A stretch of DNA of 64,000 bases. Origin: Obrimoposthia wandeli. Lineage: Eukaryota. Location of the stretch: NCBI GenBank assembly GCA_977020255.1, contig CDROCS010006203.1, forward strand, positions 124,001-188,000, in the 5' to 3' direction. The translations under genes and the position numbers were made by a program. Of this stretch, positions 38,801 to 53,800 are shown piece after piece; position 1 is the stretch's first letter, and each line of letters starts with the position of its first letter. The notes beneath the pieces were generated by a model, which saw only the letters and a program-made list of their open reading frames with translations, was not told the origin of the DNA and did not search any database.

Positions 38801-41800
38801 ATAGATTAAGCTGAATAGTTCAAACAAAAATGCAAAAAGTTAAACCAAAATCATCATTGCTACCACATTTTGAAAGTTGAATATTGAAAACAGAAAAAAC
38901 TAAAAGAATAATTTGAAACTAGTTGTTTACAGGAAATTTGTCTTTAAACTGTCAATTTTGATAATTTTTTGTGCGCTATATTTCATAGACAAGTATCAGT
39001 AGAATACAATTGAATACATTGAAGTTTTGAAATAAGTAGATTAAAACGGCAAGGCATCACTCCAAATTACATCTCTTATTGATGCTAATCTTTATATTAT
39101 AAGAAAAATTTGTTTTAATCTAGGATGAATAGGTGATATTTTCATGCTTTAATAAGTAAATAACTTCACATTTTTTCAGTTGTTTATATCAATACATTTC
39201 GAAAAGATTGTAAAATTTAATTACAAAACTTTTAATATTATAAGCAACAAAGTCATTTGTATTATTTTAAAATGAATATAGATTCTTTAAATCATTAGTT
39301 AAACAAAATATAATTTTGGAAACTATGGAAATATATTTAAATACATTTATAAACCATAAATAATTTTAAAATTAAAAAATTCCATTAAGTTTTTGTCTAT
39401 AAGCCGTGACATGTAAACAGGAAAAACTTGACTTATACAGGACTCGAGTTTTCACTGAAAAAAATGATTAGTCTAAATTAAAACCACATGATTAAATAGA
39501 TAATTTAGATATATATATACAAATATCTCTATAAATAAAAACATTTAAAACATATAATGCTCAGAAACACTTGTCACATACTAGCCAATTATAATAAAAC
39601 TATTTGCATTTGATATAACAGAAACCTTAAGGAGATATTCCGTTCCAAAGTGACTTTACCCTTATTTTTACCTAAAATAAGATATATTTTCTAAAGTTTT
39701 ATTATATAAATTTCTAGATTAGGACAGTCTCATTTTTGTTAAGTTTAGAGGAGAAAGTTTATAATTACATTCACAACAATCTTGAGAATTTTGCAAAGCC
39801 CTCAAAATTGACGAAACAGAAGATACAATCAACTTTCAATCAAAACACGGTTCCGTTGTTCAATTATTAGAAGACAACAAGTTTTTAGTCAAATACAATT
39901 CAGCAATAGTTGCTTGGCACGATATTGACGACGATCAAGACCTCAGTGATAGCTCAGAACCACTTCCATCGTTTAATCTGGAACCAGACGAGCAATCTGG
40001 ATACTAAACGCGTAGCAAGTCAACAGACGAGCGCGGAAACATGGCAGAGCATCTGATCCCACTCTGGGAGATATTCAACAATTACTACGGGGTATGGACG
40101 TTCAACGTCATGCAGAGAGTGTGCTCCTACTACTCCGTTACTATCTGAACAGCCAAGAGATGCCAATGTTAAATTAAAAATGTTGCAAGATGATAACAAA
40201 CAGGAAAGACTTAAAATTCTCGCCGAAAAAGATAAAAGATCGTTACATAAGGCAGAAAACCTGTACAAACTCAGCGAGTACATCGGATATGTTCTCCTTG
40301 ATGCTGCTCAGCTGCAGATTGCCACAAGAATTGGAATGTTGTACAGTGCAACTAGAATTGGATGGACAGCCGCCAAAGCAAAAATCTCTAACCTCGCGTG
40401 AATTAATGACTTATCAGCGGAAGATATCAACAAATTTGAATTGCATCGACTACTGCAATAAAGGAAAGTTTCCAAGTCATGGTTTCAACATGCGCAGAGG
40501 CCGTGGACGCACGCCAATTGCTAGAGGCGCAGGCGTCTCACAGTAATCCGGCATACCTTCGATGGTGGAGAGATTACATATTAATAACAATCATGTCCGC
40601 CGATGTGTACAAAAATCTGCCTTTGCCTCTCCTTAATGCCGGTACAATCGAAGAATATTTCAGATAGCACCAAAGTTACAATCTATATGTCACACAAGTA
40701 TCACCTATCAGCGAAGCATCAACTGACAGTTCTCAAAGCACTATGCCGGCCTATTTTAATGACTCAAGCGGATGGACCGCATTTCACACGGCCAAAAGAG
40801 AGATATCCAAGAAACCGCATCAACTGACGCTGGTGAAAGCCTATCGACGTAGTCTGCCGGAGGGTTGTTTCACAGTGCCGGAAAATTACGGGGACAGCGT
40901 CGATCTCGACGCCCAGATATATGAATCTATAGATAAATCACAAGAAATCCCAGCTCCTGCCGATGCACATAGTGACCTATTGCGACATGGAAATATATCT
41001 GATGATGCAGCAAGTCAGTTTTTCCAAACAAAAATGGCACACATACAGAAAGATCATCAACGATGACGACTATTCACAAGAAGCACTAGGATTCTCCAAT
41101 TATGTTGATTATGTTTTAAAGTGGCATATTATTTGTATTCAGGTTTAGGCAATAATTGTTTGGCCTTTTTAGAAAAATATGTCACAACTTGGAATTGGAA
41201 CACGAGCACCCCAGAACTTTGGGCCACTGATGCAACCACTTCATAAGTAGCAGTCATGCAGCTCAAACCTCAGAAAATCATACACCTAGCGCTGAAAATA
41301 ACTGAGAAAAAAATATACAAGAAGCAAAAGCGCCTCTCTGGACTATTTGGATGGTGGCACCAGAATCAACAATCCTCAGCAATAATCAAGGCCTAGTCTG
41401 GACAAAACTGCTCAAGAGAATACCGGTAAAGATGGATGACTGGTGGATCCTCATATCCATTTATTTGCTGATAACGTCCAAAAGAATACATGTACAATTC
41501 ATCCTCTCGGAACAGATTCCAGCAAACAAGCCCTCGCAGGATGTACTGGGACCACAGTATCAAGAAGAAGATTGGGCAATATATTTTCAGACTATGACAT
41601 ACCTTGATACACTTGAACAGTAAAATTCCACTTGGAATACAATTTTTATGTCTGTTTTCCGTCAAGTTTTTATTGCTCGTTCTGTCTCTCATCGGTCACA
41701 TCACCTACTGCCTACCACCATTGACAATTCTAGGCGTGATGTGATTGGTGAGAGTTTTGTATATAATGAATTGGCCAAATACAAGTTTAACAATTTAATA

Positions 41801-44800
41801 TAACTTATGTATATTCAAATTTTTTTAAAGGGATCCTCATGCACCAAATCATATAAAAGTACAACTTAAATATAACTGTATTTGAGTTAGGTAAGGAAAT
41901 AGTAAGTAAGAATAATAATAAACAAATTTAATTGATTTAATATATGTAACTGATCTGAAAATACATTTTTTAAATTAAAAATTTGAAACGGAATCAATTA
42001 ATAATTTTCGAAAGTGCAAATATAAATACGACCTTCAAGTAGTTCAGTTAACTATTGTAAAAATTAATATGAATGTAATGGCTTATTCGACGAGTTACAA
42101 GGACAAGTTAAGTTGATTACAAGCGAGAAACCAATTTATCAGTGGCGACTGATAGTTCAGCACGATTCACTATCAACTGAAGGCTACCATATATTTTCAA
42201 TACCTACTGACAATTGAACAGGCGATGTAGACTCGCAGGTATCGACAAAAATATTTACGAAGTATAAATATTTCTTTACGACTAACATTTATGCATTTGA
42301 GCATGTTTCACATACTAAAATATAACAATAATGTACATCAATTCAATTACGATTATAAAACTGATAAACTACCATTGTGCTGAAAGCAAAGATAATGTAA
42401 ATGCAAATCATCTCAATGGCACAACCAAAGTCAGTGTGTAAGGGTTGATAGCAGAATAGGTAATGCAGATAAATCGGATAGAAAACATGGACATTGAGTT
42501 GGAATGGTGTAGTCACCGTTATCGATTTGTTGCATCTGAAAAGTCTTCATATGTTGCGGTGTGGTTTTCCAGACAAAGTGCGAGACTTCACTCGATTTTG
42601 TTGATCTATGCGTATTCAATTCGATTTAAGTACCTCAATGCAAAAAAAGTCTAATAGCTTTAAAAGGAAATATTGAAAGACTTTCATAATTAAAATATAG
42701 TGACGTTTGAAAATATATATTTTATTGAATATAGAGTTTAATTTTAAGTTCTAATAACAATTTAACTAAAAGTTCAAATAATTTTCATGAAAACATCATG
42801 TTATATCAGCTATCAGACATTGTCTATAAATCTAATCTTAAATTGAATCAAAAAATCATCTTTCAATAATTTTAGAAATGGCTTTTGATGGCGTTTACAT
42901 GTTATGAACAATACACTGTATTTATGTATGAATATCAGGAAAAGTAAACTATTTAGTTCAGAATGATTTTTATTTATTTTTATAGGTTAGATTACAGATT
43001 TAATATTATATGAAAATATATTCAAAGTTTAATTTTAAATTAATAATGTTTGCTAATATATTATATATTTTATTTATAATAAAACTTTGTTTATTTGCTT
43101 ATTTGTATCTCAATTTTTGTTTAAAATAAATATTTAAATTATACAAATATTTTTGATTAACAATAGTTACATTTGTATATTATATATTTTAAATATATGT
43201 CAACTTTATAAAATTTAATAAAATAATGTTCATATGATAACTGATTTTTTGTATTAATTTTAATATGACAGATTTCACATCAAAAGGTTGTCAGTGAAAA
43301 CTCAAGTCCTGGACTTATACACAATATCTACTTTCCAGTAAATAACCCACGGGCTATACATACAAAAAATAGTATTTGTTTTCTGTAAATATGAATGGTT
43401 TTTTTTAATTCTTTTAGCTATGTTTAAGCATTGATATAAAAAAATGCAGAGAAAATATTATTACTTATAATATATGTTCTAAATTGTTACCTATATACCT
43501 TTAAGTATTCTCTTTTTCTCTATATAACTTTTAAACTCATTTGAAACAAAAAAGTTATCTGACATATGTAAAATTATAAAAGGTAAATGTTATAAAAACA
43601 TAAATCATGAATAAAAGCCAAATATTTATTAGAAGCCTTCAAAATCATCATCAGTGTGGAAATGGAATGATTAAATCATTCTAATGACATCAACTCTTCA
43701 TCGCTCTTAGTATGGGCAGATTTGTTATGTTGAATGGTTTCCTTAATTTCATTATCTTCTATGTTTTTATCAAAGTTTTTATCAATGGTCCATTCTGAAA
43801 GCAAGACTCTGGTACAGATAACCAATTCTCATTTTTTCACTTGCATATTTCACTATATGACGATCTTTTGATTTTACCAGTCTTATTATATTCTTGACAA
43901 CCCTTCACAATCTATTTATCTCATTTTCGTATAAAATTGATTTAAAATATTTACTGAAACATTTATCGAAACTTCTTTGCTACCTTTCATATTTACTATC
44001 CGTGATGGCATGTCAAAACTAACCCGGAATTTAATATATATATATTATCAATATTCATAGATACAACATCCATCCTATTTTTTCTAAGACATATTTTAAA
44101 CCGCTCAGGTTTTATTTCCCAATAATTTGGTAAATTTTGGTCAACAGTTGTTGCCATCCGAATTGATAAAAAATTCTGTTCATGAATCTTAATACCCAAG
44201 ACAGATATGCTTTAAATTCATGTTTTCAGGTTTCTTCGACAAATATTTTACTTTATATTAATATTCGAGTTGTAGAAATTTTATAACATTCATTCATTTG
44301 TTTCCAAACCCACTTCTTCAAAGCTGTCTATAAATTAGAAAATTTACAATCCAATCTCATAACTATTTTTATTTTGGGAAATTTTATTAACATCTGATAA
44401 TATTATCCATTATCTTATAGTCTGTTCATTAACATTTTATTTTTTGCTGATTATCTGTTACCGTTAATCTCTAGATATGATATGGCTTGAAGCTTGTAAG
44501 TAGCTCGATAACTGCTTCTTCTAGATACCATCTCTAATACTAATATAAAATACTCAACAAAAAAGACAATTATAAAATTATCAATTATAGTGTAAAGATT
44601 TTGCCAGTTATTGGTCTATTTATTATAAATTTTCTTCTATATAAGCTAAGTTTTTGTCTTTAAGCCGCGTCTTGTAAATTATCTAATGGGTGCGGGTTAT
44701 GCAATTAAAAAACATTAAAAACTAATTTTGAATGTTGTGGGTTAAACACTGATTGCAGTTAGTTTACCAGAAAGCACGGTATTTAAACAAATATATTTCT

Positions 44801-47800
44801 TATAGTAATCAAAATTTTCATTAGATTGAGTATTAAAGAGATTATTAAAAGTCACACTTATCATTGCCAATGGTTGTGATTCTGATCTCAGTTTATCTAT
44901 TTCTCTTAACTGTGAAACCACTAGACTTTTAAAAAACTCATCTGAATTCCCAATATGTTCGAAATTGATTCCATAATTTTGCATTTTAACAAAAAGCTCA
45001 AAGATTTTCTCTTCTCAATCTTTCTGCAACTTCTGTCCAATAAATGTAACAGCGCTTACAGATAATTTGCATCTTTCCATGAACAAAAATTCCCAAAATT
45101 TCCTGCTTTGAAGTCATGAATTTTCACATGTTTCGCCAATTCTTTCGCTTTTAAACGAATTCTAGTTGTCGACACTCTTCTATTTTCATTACATCTGAAG
45201 ATAATCTATGTATTTAATAGATACTTCAATTCTGATTAAATCTCTTCCGGGACCGATATGAGCGCTTCTTCGGATTCCTAGTGCTTTTATAAAAGTTATT
45301 TTTAATGTTTTTTCATCGCCTGATGTTTGGTTAGTCTGTTTCGAAATCTTAAGCCGCTGCCGAATTGTCATAATTTTTAGCATAACTTACTACTTCAAGT
45401 TTTCGATGATTAGGATAAGATTTTCGAGTCGTCTTTGTAATATTACAATTTAAATCCATTTTAACGAATAAATTACAATAAAGACTAAAAAGCAATGGTA
45501 ACGGCGATACCATCGGCATATTTATTACAACATTTTTATTTCTAAAAAATCGTATTAGTTTGGTCTCCGGCTTATAGACAAGAACATATGGTATTTTCAA
45601 AAAGGTCATTTATTTAGATCTAAATAATATTTAGACGAATATTTTTCTTTGAATACTGTAATTATATAGCTAGGATTCGCTTAGAAATGTTTTAAATTTA
45701 ATTCACTTGTCAAATATATCAAATCTATTAGTCTTCAGTGGGGGCTTGTCAGATTTGTTTGAAATTATTTTGCTTTTCATTAAATTTTGTTTACAATGTT
45801 ATTCATTTATATATTCCTAAATAAGTCCATTATTTTGATTATCCCTGAAACGTAAAGAAATTCGGGACTAATTGAGACAGTAAATAATTTTATCTCAATA
45901 AAATTTTGTAAAAATGCATTTGGAAAGATTTAATGTAATTTTGTTTGTAAAATATTTTGAAGATATCGGGACAGTTGTTCACAAGAAATGCTAAATTGAA
46001 AGTTTCTAAAAATAAGTAAAATTATTCTACACAAATCATATTTTAAGTAGGGAAAACACGATGCTCTAAACGTATGTTATCAGTCAAATTGGAACTCACT
46101 CGATAGAGAAAGTTTAGCAGCTGAATCTGATCAGTCTTCTTAGTTTTGCTGGAACGTTTTGGTCGCGTCTTTGAGGACAAAGAGCCTCCGGATGCGACAG
46201 AGCTGTCAGGAACGAGGGCTGAACTATTGGAGACTGACCACCGACGTCCACCGAAAACCTGGTATCATAAATGCTCAAGGTCAACTGCAGCGATCAGTAC
46301 AGAACCTCAAAGGTTCATAGGGTTCGTCACACAAGATTTATTTTATTATGAAACTGTGCAGAGATGGAATTAAATAAAGGAGTAAAAGACCTATCCAACT
46401 GTTTAGCAGCTGGACTATTTTTGGTCATTTATACCACATTGTCAGTTCAGCTTATCAAAAATGATTCACTAGGTATATATATTAAATGGTGCGACTTCAA
46501 TAAAAAAGCCACACATCATACCCATTACAATTTAAAGAAAAATGTTTACCAGTTACAATTACAATCTAAATTTCAGTTATCCTGAGGGAAACTATGGATG
46601 TAACCAACTACTATATTATTTGATTAGTCTTTCGCCCCTTAATGTATGTCAGATGACCGATTTGTACGTCATAATGGTTTTTGAATCTAATCGTCGTCTT
46701 CTCTTACTTTACAATACTATTTTTACTATGTTGACATAAATTATTATCAGCTTAATTCATTATTTTTGATTTACAACAAAAGCAACTTTACAATAACCAA
46801 ATTGTACTTACACAAAATAATGACAACCTCGTACTTTCACAACTTCTTACAAAAAAACAAAAAAACATCAAGATCACAAAATATAGTGAAACAATTTACA
46901 CATACAAGTACATAAAAAAGGGCAACCATTAGTAATTAGGCCAACACAAGGCCTGATGAGCCAATCCTTTCAAATCACAATACAGAACGTGCTGAATCAC
47001 ATTATGAAATGTACTTTAAAGTATTTTTAAAATTAATTTATAACAATATGACAACATTAATCAGTTGATACATTTAAATATAATTAATCAAAAATTCCAC
47101 CTTACGATAACTATTTTGAATGTGAAAATATCTGTGAATTTGTCCAATATATTCAAATATAGATCGGAATTTTCACATTACATTTACATTTATTTGGAAA
47201 ACTGTTCAAATTTCGAATTTAAAAAACACAACATTGAAAATATACAGAAAATCCCGTGGGCATTTTGGAGATATTTTTCAGGGACAATAGCTTTAGATTA
47301 GCTCATTCAAAGATGCCATATTGATAGCATATTAAATAGCTGAAATAGCAAATTTCAGCTGATTGATTGATGATTTTTCAATGAGTGACATTAATCGATC
47401 TCAATACTGGACGAGTTCAGAATAGAATGGGGTTTTATTTCAATCAGCAATAATGAAAATTGAGGGCAAGCGAAAGTGTTTTATTTGCATTGCCAGACAA
47501 AATGTGTTGTAGATCACGGAAATAAGTCTCCTTAAACACATTACTGAAAGAAATGTTTCTTTTCATTTGAAGATTTTCTAGAAACGATGTTTTTGTAGAT
47601 TATAAGGGGTAAATGTGCCATTGTATACATTACAATTAATGGGAGATTTAGATCAGTAAACTATGAATTAATTAAGATGACATTAAAAATATTTTCTAAT
47701 TTTAGCAAGACACTGAATTTACATAAAACTTACAATAGTTGAACATGCAAAACGTTAATCCCATGATGTAAATCTTAATTCTGGGATCTGACTAATCACA

Positions 47801-50800
47801 CTCTCGTAACCTAAAATCATATTTATTCTCGTGACCTAAATCTCAAGTAATTCTTGTGACAACCATTCATATTAACCCTTAAACTAATGTTTGTGATAAA
47901 AAAAATCATTGTAATCTAGGTATTCATTCAACCTAGATCCCTGTTTATCCTCGTGACATAGATCCCCACTAACCCTAGTAACCTCAGCCAGTGTGAGGGC
48001 CTGACCCCGCTCTCGTTGGTAGTAGAGCCGCAGGTACTCCTGCTTGAGCCAGAGTAGCCGTTGGTCAGCCCGGTGACGACGCAGTTGCCTGGCAACGGCC
48101 ACGAGGCGTCTGAGACCGGCCAGCCAGTACTTGGCAGAGAGGGAAGGCATCACGAAGTGGATAACCTTGTTCTCTCCAGCGGTGCAGCCGTACACGATGC
48201 TGAGGCAGCAGTGATCGGGCGGAGGTGGATCCGAGTCACGATAGTTGAGTCGCCGCAGGATGCCAGCAATGTTGGAGAGTCCTAGCCCGGAGTTGTGGTG
48301 GATCTGCTTGATGCAGAAAAGATCCAGGTAGCCGCTACTGTCGAGCAGACCGGTCGGGTCGTAGTCGGGCCCACTGGCAGCAGCTGCAGCAGCAGTGGCA
48401 GCTGAAGGAACCGCAGAGGCCGCTTGATTGGTGAGACCGGGTACTCCTCCGTCACCACTGCTGTCTTGCTGCTGTTGCTGTGCTACTGAGTCTGTGAGAT
48501 ACAATGGAGGCGGCCCTGGGCTGCAATAGCGGTTGTGCTGCAGTGCCCGGAACGGAGATCCCACTTCTCCGTCGTCGGAGTACCGGAACAGGAGGTTTTC
48601 TTTGCCACGCATCATCGTCGATGGAACAAACTGAGAGATTGGGAGATGAAGAAACAGGGTGATTCTCTTTCTCGTCAATTAAAATAAGATAAATAGGTAC
48701 TTAAAATGTATAAATCTAGTAGCTATGAAAAATCGTTACACGCCATCTTCTTAAGGTTTTCTTTGCTTTTGTCGCTGCGATTATTCGGCTTTCATGCGGC
48801 AGTTTTAAATACATTTGAATCTTTGGAAAATTAATTTCTCACGATTCGTTTCAAAGTAATTATTATCTTCAAATAAAAGTGTCAGTTAATGTTTTAAATC
48901 TTTACAACTTACATCTTTGTCGTGATTCCTTTAAAAAAATTTATCACCATATTTACCAGTTGAAACTGACATTCTTTTGGTTCCTTATCAAAGCATAATA
49001 TATAAGAAATGGGTCATATACCCCGTTTAAAAATTTTGGAGCCAATTTTGTTTATCATTTTATTAACAATTAAATAATTATAATTGACTTAATTTGTATT
49101 ATATAGCTTTACATATACTTAGTCATTATAAAAAACGCTAAATTGAAAATGCATTCCTTTGTTTATTTATTTCAATTGAATTTATAATATTTACGTAACT
49201 CTGATGTTTCAGAATTTTATAGCCAGCATTATTAATTTCTAAAGTAAGTTATTTATAATAACCAAATTAATGAAATTTTATTTGTTTAGAATTATATTAT
49301 ACTATGCCAAGTGGAAATGATCTATCCCATGATGAAAAAAATTTAATTTTACAATACATAAAGAAGGTAAAATTTATCGGTTTATAAGCCGAACATATAT
49401 GTCGACATATTTCTACAATCTCAAATTTAAAAAAATCCAATGGATTATGGATTATCAATCAAAAATTCTGGTAGAAAGAAAATTGTTGATGATAGAATTA
49501 AAATATCGATTTTTAGAGATGCTAAAGTCCAAAATAAATCATGTAGAGAAATTTCTATAGGATTTTAAAATAAATTAAGTGCAAGCACCATATGTAGAAC
49601 CCCTAAAAAGTCAACGTTGAAAACACGGAAGCTAAATAAAAGACCACAATTGACCAAAAAGCATAAGTGTGCTAGAGTAAAATTCGCAGAAAATGTGTTA
49701 GTGAAAGGGCCTGGTTATAGAAATAAAATCGCGTTTAGTGACGAAAAAAGATTTTTTTCTGGATAGTCCAGACGAATATCGATACTATTGGCATGATATC
49801 TGCAAGAACCTTTTAATACGTGTAAATAATCAGCTGGTGTTATGGTTTGGGCAGTAATTTTAAGGTCTGATAAAGAGCTTTGCGTTCATTACAGGCCATA
49901 TAGATGCTCAATCATATTGTCAAACGCTTCAAGATTATTTTCTACCTATAAATTCAAATACATAAATCATATTTCAGCCAAGAGAACTCGCCAGTGGTTG
50001 CAATCTAATAATGTCGATATATTGGATTGGCCAGCAATTTCCCCGATCTTAATATTATTGAAAATATTTGGGGAATTTTAGCTAATAAAATTTATAAAAA
50101 TACATCAAAATATTACAGCATTGAAGTAATTAAAGAACGAATTATTGACAAATGAAACAAACTCGATGCAAATGTGTTAGATATATAGTAATCGTCATTT
50201 CCACGACGTTTAACTAAAGTTTTATCATCGTGTAGTAATATAGTTAATTAATAAATATTAGTTTTAAATTTAAGTTTTATTAATTTATTTTTATCTGGCT
50301 ACATAAATTTGAAACAATATAGACAAAAATATAAAAAAGTGTTTCATCGTGAAAATTAATGCCATTTTTCTATAAAAAAACTGTTTATATACTTTCGTAA
50401 TATAATTTAGAGTAAAATAATCTTTTCAAATGAAATAAATTACCGATTTAATAAACTTATTTAAAATAAATTAGTGTGGCTACAAAATTTTGAAACGCAC
50501 TATATTCATGATTTGAGTATTTCTTATTATTTTTGCTATATATGCATCATACGAGCGTCTATATTTATCTAGCATATATGGTTCTCATGCTCTATAGACA
50601 TTTGATTCTAGCTTGTCATCATGGAAGAGAATTCCCTAGTCTTGTCGCCTATTGGGGCTACCCGGAACCCGAGCTGCAACCGTTACAGAGTCTGAACGCA
50701 CCTGTGTGATCCTGGCGCTGGTCTTGGTCCACATAAGCAGCGAGTTGGTGTGTGACAACTTCAGGAAGACGGAGGCGCACTTCTGCCAGTCCTTGTCATG

Positions 50801-53800
50801 CCGAACGACGGTGGTGCCCAGATGCATCATTTGCAGACAGAAAGGATCAATACCAGAGAGGCGCGGCTGTATTATCGAGATGGCAGACACTGCCGCCGCC
50901 GAAGGGGACCCGGGCCCGGTGGAGCCACAGCTCTGACAGCTGCAACTGCAGCTCAACATTTTTAGCACCGGCTTATAGCTGTAGTTGAAGAACTCCTCGT
51001 AGAAAGGACTGCACAAGAAAATAATGCCATTATTTCCCCACAACTCAGTTGTATTCATGTTTTCCCTGACGGGATTCTACATGTACAACCACTCACTCCA
51101 TGTATGACTCCAATCCAGGCCGAGCATTAATCTCGGCTGCGGTGCCAGAAGACGAAGGACCCGCCTGCACAAGGCTGTCGATACTGATGGTGTCACTATT
51201 GTGCGACTGGAACATGGAGATGTCGTTCAGGATTACCAGCACCTCCTTTACTTTGTTCATATTGATTAGGCCGCCCACACCAATCCGGGAGATGAACCGG
51301 TCCTCACCGTTGAAGTCAGCAATACACTGTAGGAGTACTGACATCATCATCACATTCATGCTCAACCTACCTATCATTCTTACAGTCATCTTCACCCTAA
51401 TCCTTCAACCTAACATATATACTACAAACATATAATTGCGGCATAAACTGTGCCAATATTACAAACATTAAATAAATGTAAATTAAATGAAAATATGCTG
51501 TTAAAAGAAATGCCAAAAATGATCACAATATTTAACACACTTTAAAATAGTGAAATTTAATTTTTTATCCCATAAGTAAACTTCCACTGAAATACAAAAT
51601 AATGTCCTAATCAAGAAGCATGTTATGAAATTATTAATTAATGTTCAGGCAATACAAATGTCTGGTTTAACAAATTTAAAGCACAGTGGTGAGGGAACGA
51701 ATTTAGAGAAGCTCAGAAATAGGATTTGTTTTAAGACATTAGTAGATAAACTTCAAGGAATTAATAAATATTCTAAATAGAATCGAACAATGTTAAATTG
51801 TCTCAATTTAACTTATATAGTAAATGTATTTCAGAGTCCTATTTTTTCAATTAAATGTTAAATGAATGTTAAATTTTCATTTAAATTATAGTTACGTATC
51901 AAAAGAGCATTGCCAGTGTTTCTGTAAGGAGACGTGCAGTCGAAAATGAGTGTTAATACTTGAGTGTATTGTTCATGTATTTGCAGGTTTACACGTTTGT
52001 GTTTCTTTATGTGTGACATTAGAGATATTAATTTCTTACTTCCATAGTTTACTTTAAAGAAAAATTCTTCATAATCTTCGTAAAATAACCAAGTTCTGAA
52101 TACAATGAGCCTACTCAATATAAATTATTATATTAGCCTTTTTGTCTATACATTTCTGAATTTACCCCTACTGGGGAATATTCTGCCCATGTGCCTGATG
52201 CAAGTGTTAAAAGGGTCACAAAACCCACCGTCACGCCGGCAGAATCGAACATGGGTAGAATGAGAATGTTGGGAGTTCTGTTGACGATCTGCTTCAGTTG
52301 ACTAAGGAAGATGCCGAAGAAGGGTACGACATTGCAGTTGCGGATCTTGAGGGCTCGTGCCGCTGCGTTCCGGTAGAAGTCAGTGGGCTCCACATTCAGT
52401 AGTTCCTCTGAAAGCAAATCGATGACCTTGAGCTCCGTCTTACACGAGTCACGGATTGTGAGCCAGAACGGCTTCAGCTTCTCTGATCTGCAAAGGGCGC
52501 TATCATTGCCAGAGAAATCCAAGAAATTAAGAAATATAAGATACACTCTACAACATAAAAGAATAGCTTGTTAACAATTTAGCGCACGTTTTTTAATTGC
52601 CAATTCTATATTCTTAAGACGCTAAATAATAATTATCTTTAGACACTTTAGCTTCAGGATAACCACTAACCAGACGGACTAGTTAGTTCACGAAATTCAC
52701 ATACCCGAACCTAATTTCATTCACTCCTGGTTTGCAGATTAAAGTAAGGCCAATTTTATGTCATAGATTTAATTATTTTCATTTATTTTAAAATAATTTG
52801 TTATATTTTAGAAGCTTTTGATACGTATATTATTTATAATCCAATTATATTTATTTAACAAAATTAAAAATTATTAAAAAAAGTTCATAACTCCTTCAAA
52901 AACTAAATCGAGGCATTTAATAGTTTAAGTAGGCAATGAGCAACATAACCAAAGAATTACACCAAAGTCGTTCAGAAACTATTAGAGAGCTACAAAACGG
53001 TCGGTTAGAAAATGAGCATTAAGTTACATTTTTTGTATAGCCACCTTTCTAACTTTCTGGAAAACCTTGATGACGTCAGTGATGAGCAATGTGAAAGATT
53101 CCATCAAGGTTATGTGAGATTGTATCTTAAAACGTAAATTTCTAAAATCGTCTATAAAATAAGCACATATTTCTTAAATGCGGTATTTTTATGGGTTTTC
53201 ACTTTTTCTATTTAATTTTATTACCCTTTTGGGCTTCTTACATTTTTTAAAATAGTTCAAAGTAATGCATCTTGATATTTTAATGATATTTAATATACTC
53301 CGATTACTTTTTCATTCTATTAATTTTAATTTGTTCCTCTATCTCGAATCTATTTTTAGTCCGATAAGATAAATTCTCGATAGACCTGTTTAACATTAAT
53401 TCAATGTCTGATCATTAATTCACATTTGAACTATAAATATAAATATTCATATATTTAAATTCGGAATAATAATAATTAATGTAAACATAAGATGAATTCA
53501 AATTGTTCTATGAATCTTTGCATTTGCTATTCTTGGTATTATTACATGGATATCAATTTGTAAATTTTGATCATTTTTGCACTTTTCTTTTCATTGTACA
53601 CATATGTGAGTAATAATTTAATTGTAAATTTTCGCTATATAAATTTAAAATTATTCATTACCATAGCAAATCTAAGAATCTATATATTATAAAAAAAATG
53701 TGATGAAATTACAAAGAAAATTCTCTTAAATTCGCAATATATTTTTAATGAAAGAATTTTAAGTGCAAACATGTTTTGCCATGCACGCTACTTTGCATTT

